A stretch of DNA of 64,000 nt. Source: Salpingoeca rosetta. Lineage: Eukaryota > Protista > Choanoflagellata. The stretch covers positions 761,006-825,005 of the forward strand of contig JAWQFM010000006.1 of assembly GCA_033442325.1 (NCBI GenBank), written 5' to 3'. The position numbers and the translations under genes are program-made. Within the stretch, counting starts at the first letter, position 1; each line of letters begins with the position of its first letter. Shown here piece after piece: positions 42,069 through 58,778 of this stretch. The notes beneath the pieces are model-generated. The model worked only from the letters and a program-made list of their open reading frames with translations. It was not told where the DNA came from and made no database searches.

Positions 42069-42268
42069 AACACACACACACACACAAACACACACAAACA
42101 CAAACACACACACACGCATGTACCGGAGCTGCTGGAGTCGCCAATGTGTGGGGTTTGGCTGGGAGAATCAGGAGATGGTAAACTCTCTTCCTCTGTCTTT
42201 GGCTTTACGCCCCTGGGCCTCCCCGAGCCATCTAGCAGCGACGGCTTGCGCTTTCCCTTCTTCGGCAT
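39278..42268 (-). CDS. Uncharacterised, probably nuclear protein: basic/GRPR N-terminus, RAMA-like domain, Q-rich linker, C-terminal coiled coil; exons 42268-42124, 41830-41770, 41505-41362, 41161-41056, 40825-40736, 40018(dup 40568)-39581, 39415-39278
   Basis: Seven GT-AG exons join in frame: MPKKGKRK...GRPRG...|DTEDIATYGHAPPEGTLERLK|LLFADGHLPQQGARCTMEVEGHKLQAIVLPPTQDGVLLRVGDQLFDKA|CDAAASVFGE...SGREVFHRL|FTLEGRSLHDWLLRL...|...|NHRLRTELNLVHAELDFIKQQYLTCRKELLDAQALISHLQ. The gene model is well supported; the domain call is by pattern only. Confidence 0.7.
39685..40767. repeat. ~550-bp tandem duplication (39685-40217 vs 40237-40767), probable assembly artefact
   Basis: Near-identical copies; differences are confined to the TTG tract and the copy ends. 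Confidence 0.9.
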
Positions 42269-42605
42269 CCTCCTCCCCTCCACGCACTGGTCGTCACACA
42301 CGCTGACAAGCAACAAGACAGGAGAAGCGCTGCTGTGTTGTTGCTGTTTGTGTTTTGCTTCGCTGACGGGCAACGTCAAAATTGCCTTTGTGGTGTGAAA
42401 GGCAAATTTGCCTTCTTTTCCCGCGCACGTTGCCTGCTCGCGTTGAGAACACACCTTCCATTTGTTTCGTTGTCCTCCACCACCCCATATCAAGCACCGC
42501 CCTCCTGAATCGCTGACGAACGAAGGAAGGAAAGAAGCCACATACACACAAAAGCACGCGCACTCACTCTCGTACTCTTGCTTGAACGCCCACCAACAAT
42601 CCATC

Positions 42606-47043
<4,438 letters not shown>

Positions 47044-47451
47044 ACCCCAACTACCCTCCCCTCTCCTCCCCTCTCCTTCCCTCCCATTGCTCTTTGTTCA
47101 GTTTTTGTTGTGGGCGGCGTCACCCATGTTGTGTCGTGGAAATGCGTCTCGTTCCATGTGTTCTTTCCTACTTGTTGCTCCTCTGGATGGCTTATCCTCC
47201 GACCTACTACTTTGAGTCAGGCTCATGCGTGTGTATGCGGTGTGTTCGTGATGTTGGTGCAGTGCTTGTGACGTGATGTGGTGGTGTGCGTACCGAGGCA
47301 CTGTGCCTTCCTCGCCTTCCTTTCCATCTCGTTCGTGCCCCCATTCCCTTGTGGCCCGTCCCACAGAATAATCAATCATTTTTCGTTTCCATTGTTTTGT
47401 TCAATCAACAAAGTCGCCATCAAACCTATCAAACACCGACACGTGGCGTTG

Positions 47452-47618
47452 CTATGCGTTGTGCTGGTGCATGCGCCATGCGAGCAGCAACACGTTTTCC
47501 GGCGTGACTGATGCCTCTACGAATCGCTGCAATGGCAGAGAGGGGGAAGGAGAGGTTGTAGTGAGGCTGCGCTGACCGTGATGGTACCGACACACAGACA
47601 CACAGACAAGCGGATACG

Positions 47619-47657
<39 letters not shown>

Positions 47658-49553
47658 ACACACACACACACACACACACAGACACACACACAGACACACA
47701 CACAGACACAGACACACAGACACACACAGACACACACAGACACACACAGACACACAGACACACCTCGAGCGTTGCGTTGAGTCCGTGTTGTCGAAGAAAG
47801 AGGACGCGGCCCCAATCAATCAAGCGTTTCGCCATCTGCCCATATTTCACGTGCTGCTTGCGGTCTAAACCAAGCCTGGCAGCAGCAGCAGCAGGTGCAC
47901 CATTGAGGGTGATGGGAGGCGTGAGGTATGAGTGGGAGGTGTGAGGTGGCTTCATCGTGGTGGGCAAGAATAGTACTCGTGCACGTCTTGGCTGTGCAAC
48001 TTACTGTTGGTTGTGTCTCGCCGCGTTGTCAGCTGCACCATCACCATCGCCATGATCATGACCATCATCGTCGTCGTTGTCATCATCGGCGTTGTCGGCG
48101 CTGTGCAGAGCAGCGGCCATTGCGGCCTGTTCGCGTTTCCGCCTCCGCCGCTCCTTCATCGCCTCAATGTCCTCATCAGGATCGAGCGTGCCCCAACTGC
48201 ACCGCGCACCAACCACAACGCCAAGCGAGGTAAGCCGAGGAGAAGAGGGACCGTGAGGGTAAGGAAGGAAGCGAACACACACATGAAAATTCGCACACAC
48301 ACACACACACACACACAAGCACACAAGCACACAAGCACACACACACACACGCACGCACGCACAAGCACACACATACACACACACGCACGCACGCACAAGC
48401 ACACACACACACACAAATACGCATATGCACACAAGTGCACATGTGCAAGCAGCACCCGAGCGAACCTCGAGACGATGCGGATGATGCTGAACTCTCGTCG
48501 TGTCCATTTGAGCGTTTCCGTGAAGAATTCCTGGAGCAGAGGATTGCAGGGTGAGAGGTGACCAGGTGGTGTGGGAGACGGGGAGGGACGGGATAGGCAA
48601 CAGAATGGCGCGTGATGTCTTCGCACAAGTGCATGTACACCATACTTTTGCTTCTCTCCTTCACTCACCTGGTTACAGTAGAGGTCCCACGTGCATTTGT
48701 CGTGACAGCAGAGTGCAATACACGTTCCCCGCACACTTCCCGGCATCCTGACATGAAGAACAATTTGAAGGGAGACGGTGACAGGCGAGCAAATGTGTCG
48801 AAAACGAACGACGGAACACACAAACACACATGCACACTCTCACTCATGCATACGCACACATACAGGACAGCAAACGCACTTGTGCTCAAGGTTGAGGAGA
48901 CAGCGCAACGAAAGGTCTGGCAAGTGTGCGGACACGTGTGTGTTTGTATGTGTGTGCGCTCATAAGATGTGATGAACAGCAGTGGCATTCAGCATGAGGA
49001 ACAGCTACAGACAGGCCAAACAAAACGAAACCAGCAAAGCAACTCTGCAATCCACACACCTGTTGCACATCCACACAAATGTTTGCTGGCAGCAACAACG
49101 TCGCGCCCGTCCACAAGCGGCGCTTTGGACATGTCTGAACACGCAGGCACAGTGCCGCATGTTGCGGTGTCGTGATGGACACGCACGCGCATGTGTGCAT
49201 GAGGGTGAGTGGATTTGCGTGAACACGTGTGTGAGCACGAATGAAACAAGCTTGTACATGACTGCATTTGTGCGTGACAGAGGGTGGTGCAGATCAGCTG
49301 AGGTGCGAACATATGATGCGAGTCATTCACAACAACAACAACCAAAAAAAAAACCATCGCGTGGTTGGTGCAACTGTGTGAATGTGCGAAGCGTGATGAA
49401 GTCAACATCTCACCAAGATCATTGATGTCCATCGTGATCCGTTCAAACTTCACCGCAGGACTGCACACACACACACACACACACAAAAAAAAAAACACAC
49501 CCGTGAGTGCATCCAGATGCATCACAGCCGTGTGTGTGTGCTGTGTGTGTGTG

Positions 49554-49606
<53 letters not shown>

Positions 49607-49866
49607 TGTTGCATTGACGTGCAAACACAGCAGTCGGGTGAACAGTGTGCGCTACCTTGGCTTGGCACGGAGGAACTTGTCTGCCTTTGATTTCATGCCG
49701 CTCTGCCTCTCCACCGCCAGATACGCTGACGTACGCAGGTGCAAGTGGGTGCATGGTTGATGAGGCGAAGGCGAAAGCGGTCCACGCTGACACGCTGATA
49801 CCCTAAGATTCATCCATTCATTCACCGACATCATCGCTGCAGCAATCCCCAAACGAACCCCCCCCC

Positions 49867-49905
<39 letters not shown>

Positions 49906-52054
49906 AGATACTGAGGCTTCTGACCTGCTGGCGTGTTCCATCCGAGGGCGAGACGAAGGGCGTGCAGCAGCTTCGCTTTTCCCGCTCCAAACTCAACAAA
50001 GCACACCGTCGGCTCACCATCACCATCGTTGGTGCTGCCGTCACCGTTGACTTTGTCACCGCCACTGCTGCCCGATGGTGATGGTGCTGACGATGATGAT
50101 GATGGCACAAGTCCATGCCGACGCTGCAAACAGCGATAGACGAATGACGATGACAATGTTGACAATGTTGATGAAGACAAGGGAGACGATGAGCAGACGC
50201 GAGCGAGTGCAACTGGGGTTGCAGCCAACACATACACTTGGTCAGCATCCCCTGTTGTAAGCAATTTGGCATCGGGTACCATGCGACAACCAGCCCTTAC
50301 CATGTTGCCAACGATGCGAGCGTGTTGTTCCAGGTGCTTGAAGGCTGCCGTGTCGTCAGCCTAAACGCAATGAAATGAACGTGTGTGAGGACAGCAACGG
50401 CAAGAAATCAAATCCATTCGACACGCCCATAACCACAGTCAACGGCAACGTGCAAGCAGAATTCACCACATCTATACAAACCATACATACACACACACAT
50501 ACACACACACACACGAACATACACACACACACATACACACACACACACATACACACACACACACACACACGAGCATACACACACACACACACACATACAC
50601 ACGACGCACGTGCTGCTGAAGTGCGTGTTCGTTGACGATGCGGCGCAGCTCTGGATCGTCCTCCGCGTGCATTTCAAGTTCGGGCACGTGCGCGGTAAAC
50701 GCCTCCTCCAGCTGCCATATCAAGGACGTGGGGTGTCGTTGGTGGCGGGCAGAGCCGGGGTGAGACCTGTGGGGAGGCAACACGTGGCACGCAGCCACAC
50801 AATCACGCATGCACACACACACACACACACACACAAATGCACAATCACACATGCACAATCACACACACACACACACACGAATGCGCACACAAATGCACAC
50901 ACAAATGCACGTGGACACACCTTTGCAAGGGTGCGTTGCAACTCAGGCGTAGAAATGTCACCAAGCACACGAATGGCGTCTGGGTGTCCACGGTCGCCAC
51001 ACGCCTGCGTCGACGAACAACTCGACGCACCTTGTTGCTGCTGCTGCTGCTGCTGCTGCTGATTTGAGGGGAGATTGCTGTCGGTGGATTTGCCCATCTG
51101 TTCCTGTGTAGCACACAGCAGCGATGAGTTGATGCCTGGCGCCCACCAGCGCGGCTTTGGGCGCGGTCGCCTCGGGCACTTCTTCATGTGCTTCTCTGCC
51201 GAAACATGTGCGAAACACAGCGTGGGTGTTAATGTGCACACGCGCGTGTGTGTGTGTGTGTGTGCGTAAGGGCGTGTGTATATGCAGATGCATGCTGACA
51301 TGAGCGTCAACTTGTGTTGTGACGTACAGGGCTTGGTGTGCATCTGTGTGGGCAGCATGGGCAGCATGGGCAGCAGCGATGATGCTCACCTTTCTGGTGC
51401 TCGAACACAGTGTGCGTAGGGTCATACGGGCATGGGATCCGCCGAGCCTGCGGCAGTTCGCACGAAACACACAGAAACATGGATGACAGAGAGGGAAGAG
51501 TTGTTGGCACGATTAAGGCAGGGAGGAGGTCGAGTGGTGGCTGGCAAAGAAAGAGCTTGTTGCGAGCGGGTGCGCTCCTGTGCACGGGCAGCAGCGCATG
51601 ACGGTGCAGCAGAAGGAGCTGCAAAGCTGAATGGGGAAAGAACAACCTGTGGTTCACGACTGGCGCTGCAGTCACACCAACTTCTCACATCCAACGTTAC
51701 ACGCGCGCACACCTCTGTCAGGTGCTCTGCGCAGCGGTTGTAGTCCTTAAACTTTGTCAAGCGGCAGAAGCGCTTCTTCTTTGGCAGGAAGAGATCACAT
51801 TTGGCTGGATCGGGGTTGCGTGTAGGCACGGCTTTGCTGTCCGCCAACTTCTGATCACCCTTCTTGAGTTTTTTCTTGTGTTGCCTCTTGCCCTGGAGCA
51901 GCGGCTGGCCCTGCTTCTCCTGCGCTGGCTGGTGTGCCTTGTTCACACCATCATCATCATCGCCGCCACCACCACACGTGGTCAGCGACGATGGCTGTGG
52001 TGCCTCTGCTGCATCGTCCGCCACGACGACTTTGCTCCGCTTGGGTTCCGCCAT
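47452..52054 (-). CDS. TRM13: tRNA:m(4)X methyltransferase TRM13
   Basis: CDLFLPKKKRFCRL...RCAEH (CCCH finger); RIPCPYDPTHTVFEHQK..KHMKKC (U11-48K finger); FVEFGAGKAKL; FERITMDINDL; SKHLCGCAT; IALCCHDKCTW; GQMAKRLIDWGR; VTPENVLL. Confidence 0.93.
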
Positions 52055-52148
52055 TGCTGAAAAATACATGAAATCATTCACAAATCGTCCGGAACCGCGC
52101 CGACGCCAATTCAAATCGCCAAACAAACAAGCAGCACAAGCAGGCGAG
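52055..52148. promoter_or_regulatory. Compact putative bidirectional promoter (94 bp between ATGs)
   Basis: Divergent ATGs at 52054 (-) and 52149 (+); contains CCGGAA, CCGCGCC, TTCAAA and TCGCCAAA. Confidence 0.55.
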
Positions 52149-53161
52149 ATGGAGCCCGTTGAGGAGACTGTGTCGGACATCCCAGAGCGAGGTTGGTTTG
52201 TGGGCTCGTTGGCTCGTTGTCTCGTTGTCTCGTTGTCTCGTTGTCTCGTTGGCTCGTTGGCTCGTTGATGGTGATTGCGAGATCAGCCACGCTGTTTGCG
52301 TCCTCTGTGTTGGCTGTTGTTGTTGCATATCTCTGTGCTGGCTGTTGCTTGCACCATCAGCTCACGACGCCATTGTGGTCATCCACTGCTTGTTGTTGTG
52401 ACGCCTTGCAGCCAAGGAGGAGAAGGACTCCTTACCAAGCATCCCACCCACATTTGTGTTTCAAAAGGCGCTCAAAGTGTACCGACAAGACACAACGACA
52501 ATGGCACAAGGTGTGGCCCGTTTCCCCTCACCATGTGCATATTTTACGTCTTTGTATGTGCGGTTTGTGTTCTCCGCTTTTCGTGCGCAGTGCGGAGCGA
52601 TGACATTGCAGCTTGCACTCAACTTCGTTTGGTTTGCTTTGACGCTGATGGTTTCACTTGCTTGCCACAGAGTTCTTGCACATGCCAAAGTCCAAGCGAC
52701 ACGCCGTGTTCTCAGACCTCAAGGCCATGAACTACAACCTGGACAAAGGGCACAGTACGTGTGCCGTGCTTGCGATGTTGCGTTTGCTGCCACGGTTGCT
52801 GTCACAGTTGCTTCAACATGCCATTCAACGAGGCATGCGAAATCTGACGCACACTTGCTTGAACACACATCTGGTGTGTGTATGTATGTATGTATGTATG
52901 TATGTATGTATGTATGTATGTATGTATGTATGTATGTATGTATGTATGTATGTATGTATGTATGTATGTATGTGTGTGTGTGTGATGACAGAGGAGATGG
53001 CATCCAAGTACTCCATTGTGCTGAGCAAACCAGACCTGCCCAACGCCCGTCCACAGGCCGATGCAGCAAATTCACATCAATCCGGCCAACAGGACACGTC
53101 AGACAATCAAGTCAAGGAAACACCCCTGGCAAAACGCCCTGCACAACCGCACAGACAATGA
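52149..53161 (+). CDS. Small 131-aa protein, possible distant LIN52 homologue; exons 52149-52191, 52412-52510, 52671-52754, 52992-53161
   Basis: Three phase-1 GT-AG introns give MEPVEETVSDIPERAKEEKDSLPSIPPTFVFQKALKVYRQDTTTMAQEFLHMPKSKRHAVFSDLKAMNYNLDKGHKEMASKYSIVLSKPDLP...HRQ*. The gene model is supported; the identity is speculative. Confidence 0.65.
52879..52972. repeat. Intronic (TATG)n microsatellite
   Basis: Seen directly in the sequence. Confidence 0.95.
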
Positions 53162-53170
53162 CAGCTGTGT

Positions 53171-53204
<34 letters not shown>

Positions 53205-53539
53205 GTGTGTGTGTGTGTGTGTGTGTGCAAATGACCTGTAAGCAATTTCGCATGTCACGAATGAATGATTGATTGATTGCGACCTTGGTTGTCTTTTCGA
53301 CACAAGGCGCGCATAGATGGGCTCTTCCTTGAGTGAGCGCCACATACGTTACGGTGCTGGATGCGCAAGAGCGAGTGTATTCTGATTTTTGTTTTGTTTG
53401 ACACGTGCTATCGTTGGTTACACTTCCTACTGCCCATATGCGTTCTTCGAAAAGAGGGGCAGCGGCAAGGACAGCAACTCGAGATTACAGCAAACAGATG
53501 CAACAGCACACATTCTGACATACACGCAACAGCACTCGC

Positions 53540-53577
<38 letters not shown>

Positions 53578-53708
53578 CCAAACACATCGCATCGTCTGCC
53601 GAAACAGAACATGGCCAAGCACAGGCAGATTCGTGACTGTCATCACCAACCACCAACCACCAACCACCATCAACTACCACCACCACCCACCACCAATTCC
53701 CATCATCT

Positions 53709-54078
53709 CTACATTGACATCTGCATGCGGAGACGGTATGCCTCCTCTCCACTCAGGTCCTCACCAGCACTTGCAGCAGGGGCAGATGGCGGCTGCTGCT
53801 GCTGCTGCTGCTGTTGTTCTTGTTGCTGCAGTGGTGGGGTTTGTTGTGCAGGCGGTTGCTGCTGCTGCTGTGGAGGTGGTGGCCGTTGTGGAGCAGCCGA
53901 GGGTGCCGTGCTTGCAGGCATGGGTGGCCGTGGCGGGGGCACGAATCCCTGACGCGGGCCGCGCATGTTCGGGCGGGAGAGGAGTGGGGGCCGCATGTGT
54001 GGCGGGAATGGCATACGCGGAGGGAGGCGGCCGTGTTGTGGCGGCGGCATAAACCCGTGCGGGGGCCGCTGTGGTGGC

Positions 54079-54113
<35 letters not shown>

Positions 54114-54235
54114 CAGAGGAGGAGGAGGAGGGAAGGGGGAGTGTTGCATGGTGGTGGCAGTGGTCATGTGAGACTGGGGCTGATTGTGTGTGGGGGGGGG
54201 AGATACGAGCTCGGAGGCTGTCACAATGAGCAGGT

Positions 54236-54302
<67 letters not shown>

Positions 54303-54560
54303 CATGGGCGCGTGTCACGTACGAAGAATCCTGGGCGTGGAGGGGGCGGAGGGAATGGAAGGGCCGAAGGCGGAGCAGCGGAGGAGGCGGGCGGTGCTGC
54401 CGGCGGTGGCAGCGGGTGGTGCTGGTGGTGGTGCTGCTGCTGCGAGATGCATCCCACTGAGGGGTTCAAGTCAGAGGGACAGAGGGTGCATGTATGTGTG
54501 CAAGTGAGTTTGCGTGTGTGTGTTTGGGGGGGGGGAGGAGAGAGAGAGAGAGAGAGAGAG

Positions 54561-54594
<34 letters not shown>

Positions 54595-54904
54595 GGACTG
54601 ATCACTGACGGCCTTATCGCTATGCTTCATCTCCGCCTCTAGCAACGCCCCAGATAGTTCGTATTGTGTTCTCTGGTAAAGACGCTAAAAAGTGACGTAT
54701 CCATTCCGGTTTGCCAGTAGACCCTAAGGTGCCTCAGGTGACCCGCAAGGAGGCCACATACTAAAGCACCAGTTCCGCTTTGCCTAACGATCGCGTATTT
54801 CAACATCGCAGCTACCCTCCCGGGAGTCCTGATCTCCAATCCACTCATGGGGCTGGAAGCTAACTGCCTGTTCGATGCATATTGGGTTACAGAGTGGGCT
54901 AAGG

Positions 54905-54958
<54 letters not shown>

Positions 54959-57145
54959 TCAGCAAAGCCGACATTGCGGTGTCGTGGAAGCTTTACGCAT
55001 ACGCACACACGCACACACACATAGGCGCAAACAACCGCGTGACAGCAACGCAAGAGAATGCGCACCTGTGCTGGTGGCGGTCCCGGCTGGAACGTCGGCG
55101 CAGCATTCGGTTTCTCCGCAAAGTACTGGTGACAACAATGATCGATGGTAATGATGATCACGATGGTGGTGGTGGTGGTGGTGGTGGTGGTGGTGGAAAC
55201 GATGGTGGTGAGTGTGCATGCTTGGATCGCATCTCGATACACACATATACATTTACGCACACACGCATGCGTACGTCAACAGGCACACACGCCAGCAAAA
55301 GCAAGGCACCCATCCCTCCCCCCCCCCTCAGGTAATAGGTACCTGGTGGGGCTTCTGGTCCGTCTTGATGACGGGCTTCTGTGCAGCGAGCAGCCGCTCG
55401 GCCGCAGACCCATGGCGCTCTCCCCTGCACCACGGTGGTGACGGTGATGGGGATGAAACGATGCTGGTACACGCGCAAACTCACCACATTGACGTGCACG
55501 TAACGAACAGACACAGACAGACAAGACAGACAGGCAGGCACACACACACACAGAGACACACACACACACACGCACACAGACACACACAGACACACACACA
55601 CAGACACACAGACACACACACACGCAGATGTGTTTGGAAGCAGGGTGCGTACTTTGTGTCCTTCTTGAAGGCGTATGTGACGTTGATGTTTCGGTTGCAG
55701 AGGTACTGGCCGTTCATGGCCTTGATGGCGGCATCCGACGCCTCAAAGTTTGCGTAGTTGACAAAGGCATACCCCTTTGACGCGCCCGTGTCGGGGTCGC
55801 GCATGATCTTCGGGTGCTGCAGGATGACGCCAAATGCGCTGAACGTGTCGTACAGCAATTTCTCATCCACAGACGGGTCCTGTGTGATTGTGTGTGCGAT
55901 TGTGTGTGTGTGTGTGTGTGATTGTGATTGTGTGTGTGATTGTGTATGGGTGTATGGGTGTATGCGTGTGTACGTGCATGAACGTATGAGGATGTGCATG
56001 TGCGTGTGTTTGCGCATACGATGGAGCAACAGCCAACAATCAAGATGGTGAATACAAGCTTGGTCCAGAAAGCGGAAAGTTGCCTTCACGCCCTGCCCAC
56101 AACCACGTACCAGGTTGCCAATGTACAGGTTGGCACCAACGTCCTGTGTCCTTGTGTGTGATGCAGCCTGTCACACGTGGATGCGTGTGTGTTTGTGTGT
56201 GTGAGTGTGTGTGTATGTATGGGCGTTGTAGGCGTGCATGTCGATGATTGGGTAGTGAAAGCAAGAGACCGGAGGAAGACAGCATCACCATCACGTGCGA
56301 CACACCGAACACTGCTGGAGAGAGTCAGTTCGAAAACATACGCACGCACATACTCACACACATACGCACACACGTTCGCACAAACGATCACACACACACA
56401 CACGAACACACACCTTGTTGACGCGAATGGGCTTGCCGTAAAGGTTGATCATGTTCATGATCTTGAGTGCGTATTCTGCATCCTCCTCGCCCAAAAACTC
56501 AACAAACCCGTAGCCCTGATGGAGCCCAGTCACGCGATCCTTGGGCATGTGCACACTCACTATAAACACCGCGAATCACACATGAGCATGAATGAAAGGG
56601 TGAATGAGCGATTTCGAATGTATGCATGTGTGGGTGCAGGTAGTTGCGAGCTAAGACGAAGGCTTTGTGTGCACAAGCGCGCAAACACACATCACACACA
56701 CACGAGTCTTGGCATGCACAGCAACACGTGTGCGAGACGCACCAACAGGGCCGGCCTGTTGGAAGAGCTCCCACAGGAGACTCTCGGTTGCGCGGTCGTC
56801 AAGGCCACCGACATACACGGTGGCATCTGTCCGCCCGTGTTGCGACGGTCACAAGGAAGTAAGCAAGCCGTCAAGTTGGCAGGGAAGCAAGCCGTCACCC
56901 GAACGTTCGCGTGTGGCCAGTGAACAGAGCGGTGCACATACATACATGCATGCAGTCGAGCTCAGTCATGTCAAGAGGACAGCACACACCCACAGCATCA
57001 AGCAAGAACAACAACAATACCACACACCAGCAAACCTTGCTTTTCCCAACAACACCGCACAAACGCACGCTCATCTGAGACTCCATACACTCAGCACACT
57101 GGTCACGCACGCACCTTGGTTCCTCTCTGTTGGCTGCAGGTTCAT
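53709..57145 (-). CDS. SF3B4: Splicing factor 3B subunit 4 (SAP49): two RRMs plus Pro/His-rich tail
   Basis: [10 protein letters not shown]|[10 protein letters not shown]...[12 protein letters not shown]; [19 protein letters not shown]...[13 protein letters not shown]; [11 protein letters not shown]|[17 protein letters not shown]; [22 protein letters not shown]|[15 protein letters not shown]. Confidence 0.97.
54591..54906. mobile_element. ~315-bp high-complexity insert within a (GT)n tract in an SF3B4 intron; possible TE remnant
   Basis: Lacks the repeat bias of neighbouring introns, has (GT)n on both sides and roughly doubles the intron length. No recognisable ORF. Confidence 0.4.
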
Positions 57146-57209
57146 CGTTGTTGGTGGTCGCGGTGTGTATCGGGAAAATTACGCCAAAACACACACGAAA
57201 TTCGGCACG

Positions 57210-57283
<74 letters not shown>

Positions 57284-57749
57284 CCTCTCTGTCAACACAG
57301 AACACCTTTCATCTCCTTGCTCCTTCATCCTTCCGACTGCGGTTCCGTGTGAACACGACAGGCACAACAACGCATTTCTCCTCTCCCTCCCTTCCAACAA
57401 CAGCAACAAGTGCATGAGAGCACATGATGCGCCTGTCGTGACAACGGAAAGGACAATCCAGCTGAAGGCACATGTAATCAAGTCAAATACTGTTGGGTGA
57501 TGACAAACAAACAACAATCACGTGTGGAACGGTAATACGCAACTCAAAAACATCTCGGTCAGTCAATCAATCCATCCACGAACCAACTCGTGTGAACAAA
57601 ACTGGCAAGGCTACTGCCAACTCTCAAACACACACACACACACACACACTCACATGCTTGCCGCAAACGTACATCAAGTACACCCACGTAAAAGGGACCC
57701 TCTCACACACTCTCTTTCCACGCAACACTCGCACACCCAGCGCCGGGCT

Positions 57750-58716
57750 TCAGCGAGTTGCAACGACTGCATTGAATGACAACAGGGCGAGGCGAACCAC
57801 ATGCGTAAGCAAATAAACAAAGGGAAAAGTGTGTATGGGTATGGGTGTGTGATGGCTGTTTCAACAAGAACAAACCAAAGACGGTGGCGTGACATGACGC
57901 AGTTTACGTGTGTGCACGAAGATACACAACGAACACGCCTGTACCAAAACAACACAGGAAACAAACACAGCACGCACACACGCGCGCGCACACATCAGCA
58001 ACGTACTGATGACAATGACGGCGATGATGGCAAGGATGACACCACCAATCAACAGTTGGTTCTGTCAGGGTGGATAGGGGGACAGGGGTCAAAAGGGCAT
58101 GTGGTGGCGTCACAATCATGGAAGAGGGCGTGGCGCACAATGACGGCACTATGCAATCACAGTGCATACAGCACGCTACACACGAACAACAGCACACGCA
58201 CGCACTTCTGTACTCACAGCAAGCACTCATATAGCAAGCACACACACACACAGCAAGCACAAGCATAGCAAGTACAAGCATAGCAAGCACAAGCATAGCA
58301 AGCATAGCAAGTACAAGCATAGCAAGCACGCTCACAGAAAAAGCACACACACACACATATCGATACAGGTGATGTCAAGCGCACCCTCTTGTTCTGCCAC
58401 CACATTTGACGGCGAAGACGGCCTGCTCTGTTCTGAAATCGCTGACCCTCGGCCTCAAGATCCTCTGCAGGCCACAAGACGCAGCGACGGAACAAGCCAC
58501 GTGTTTAAGCAGCAACCACAATCATCCCACACGTACGCACAAAGGGTCGCTTCCATACACGCACATGCACACACACACACACGCACACGCACACGCACAC
58601 ACACACGCACACGCACACGCACACGCACACGCACACGTACACGCACACGCACACGCACACGCACACGCACACGCACGCACACGTACGCACAAAGGGTCGC
58701 TTCCATACACGCACAT

Positions 58717-58778
<62 letters not shown>

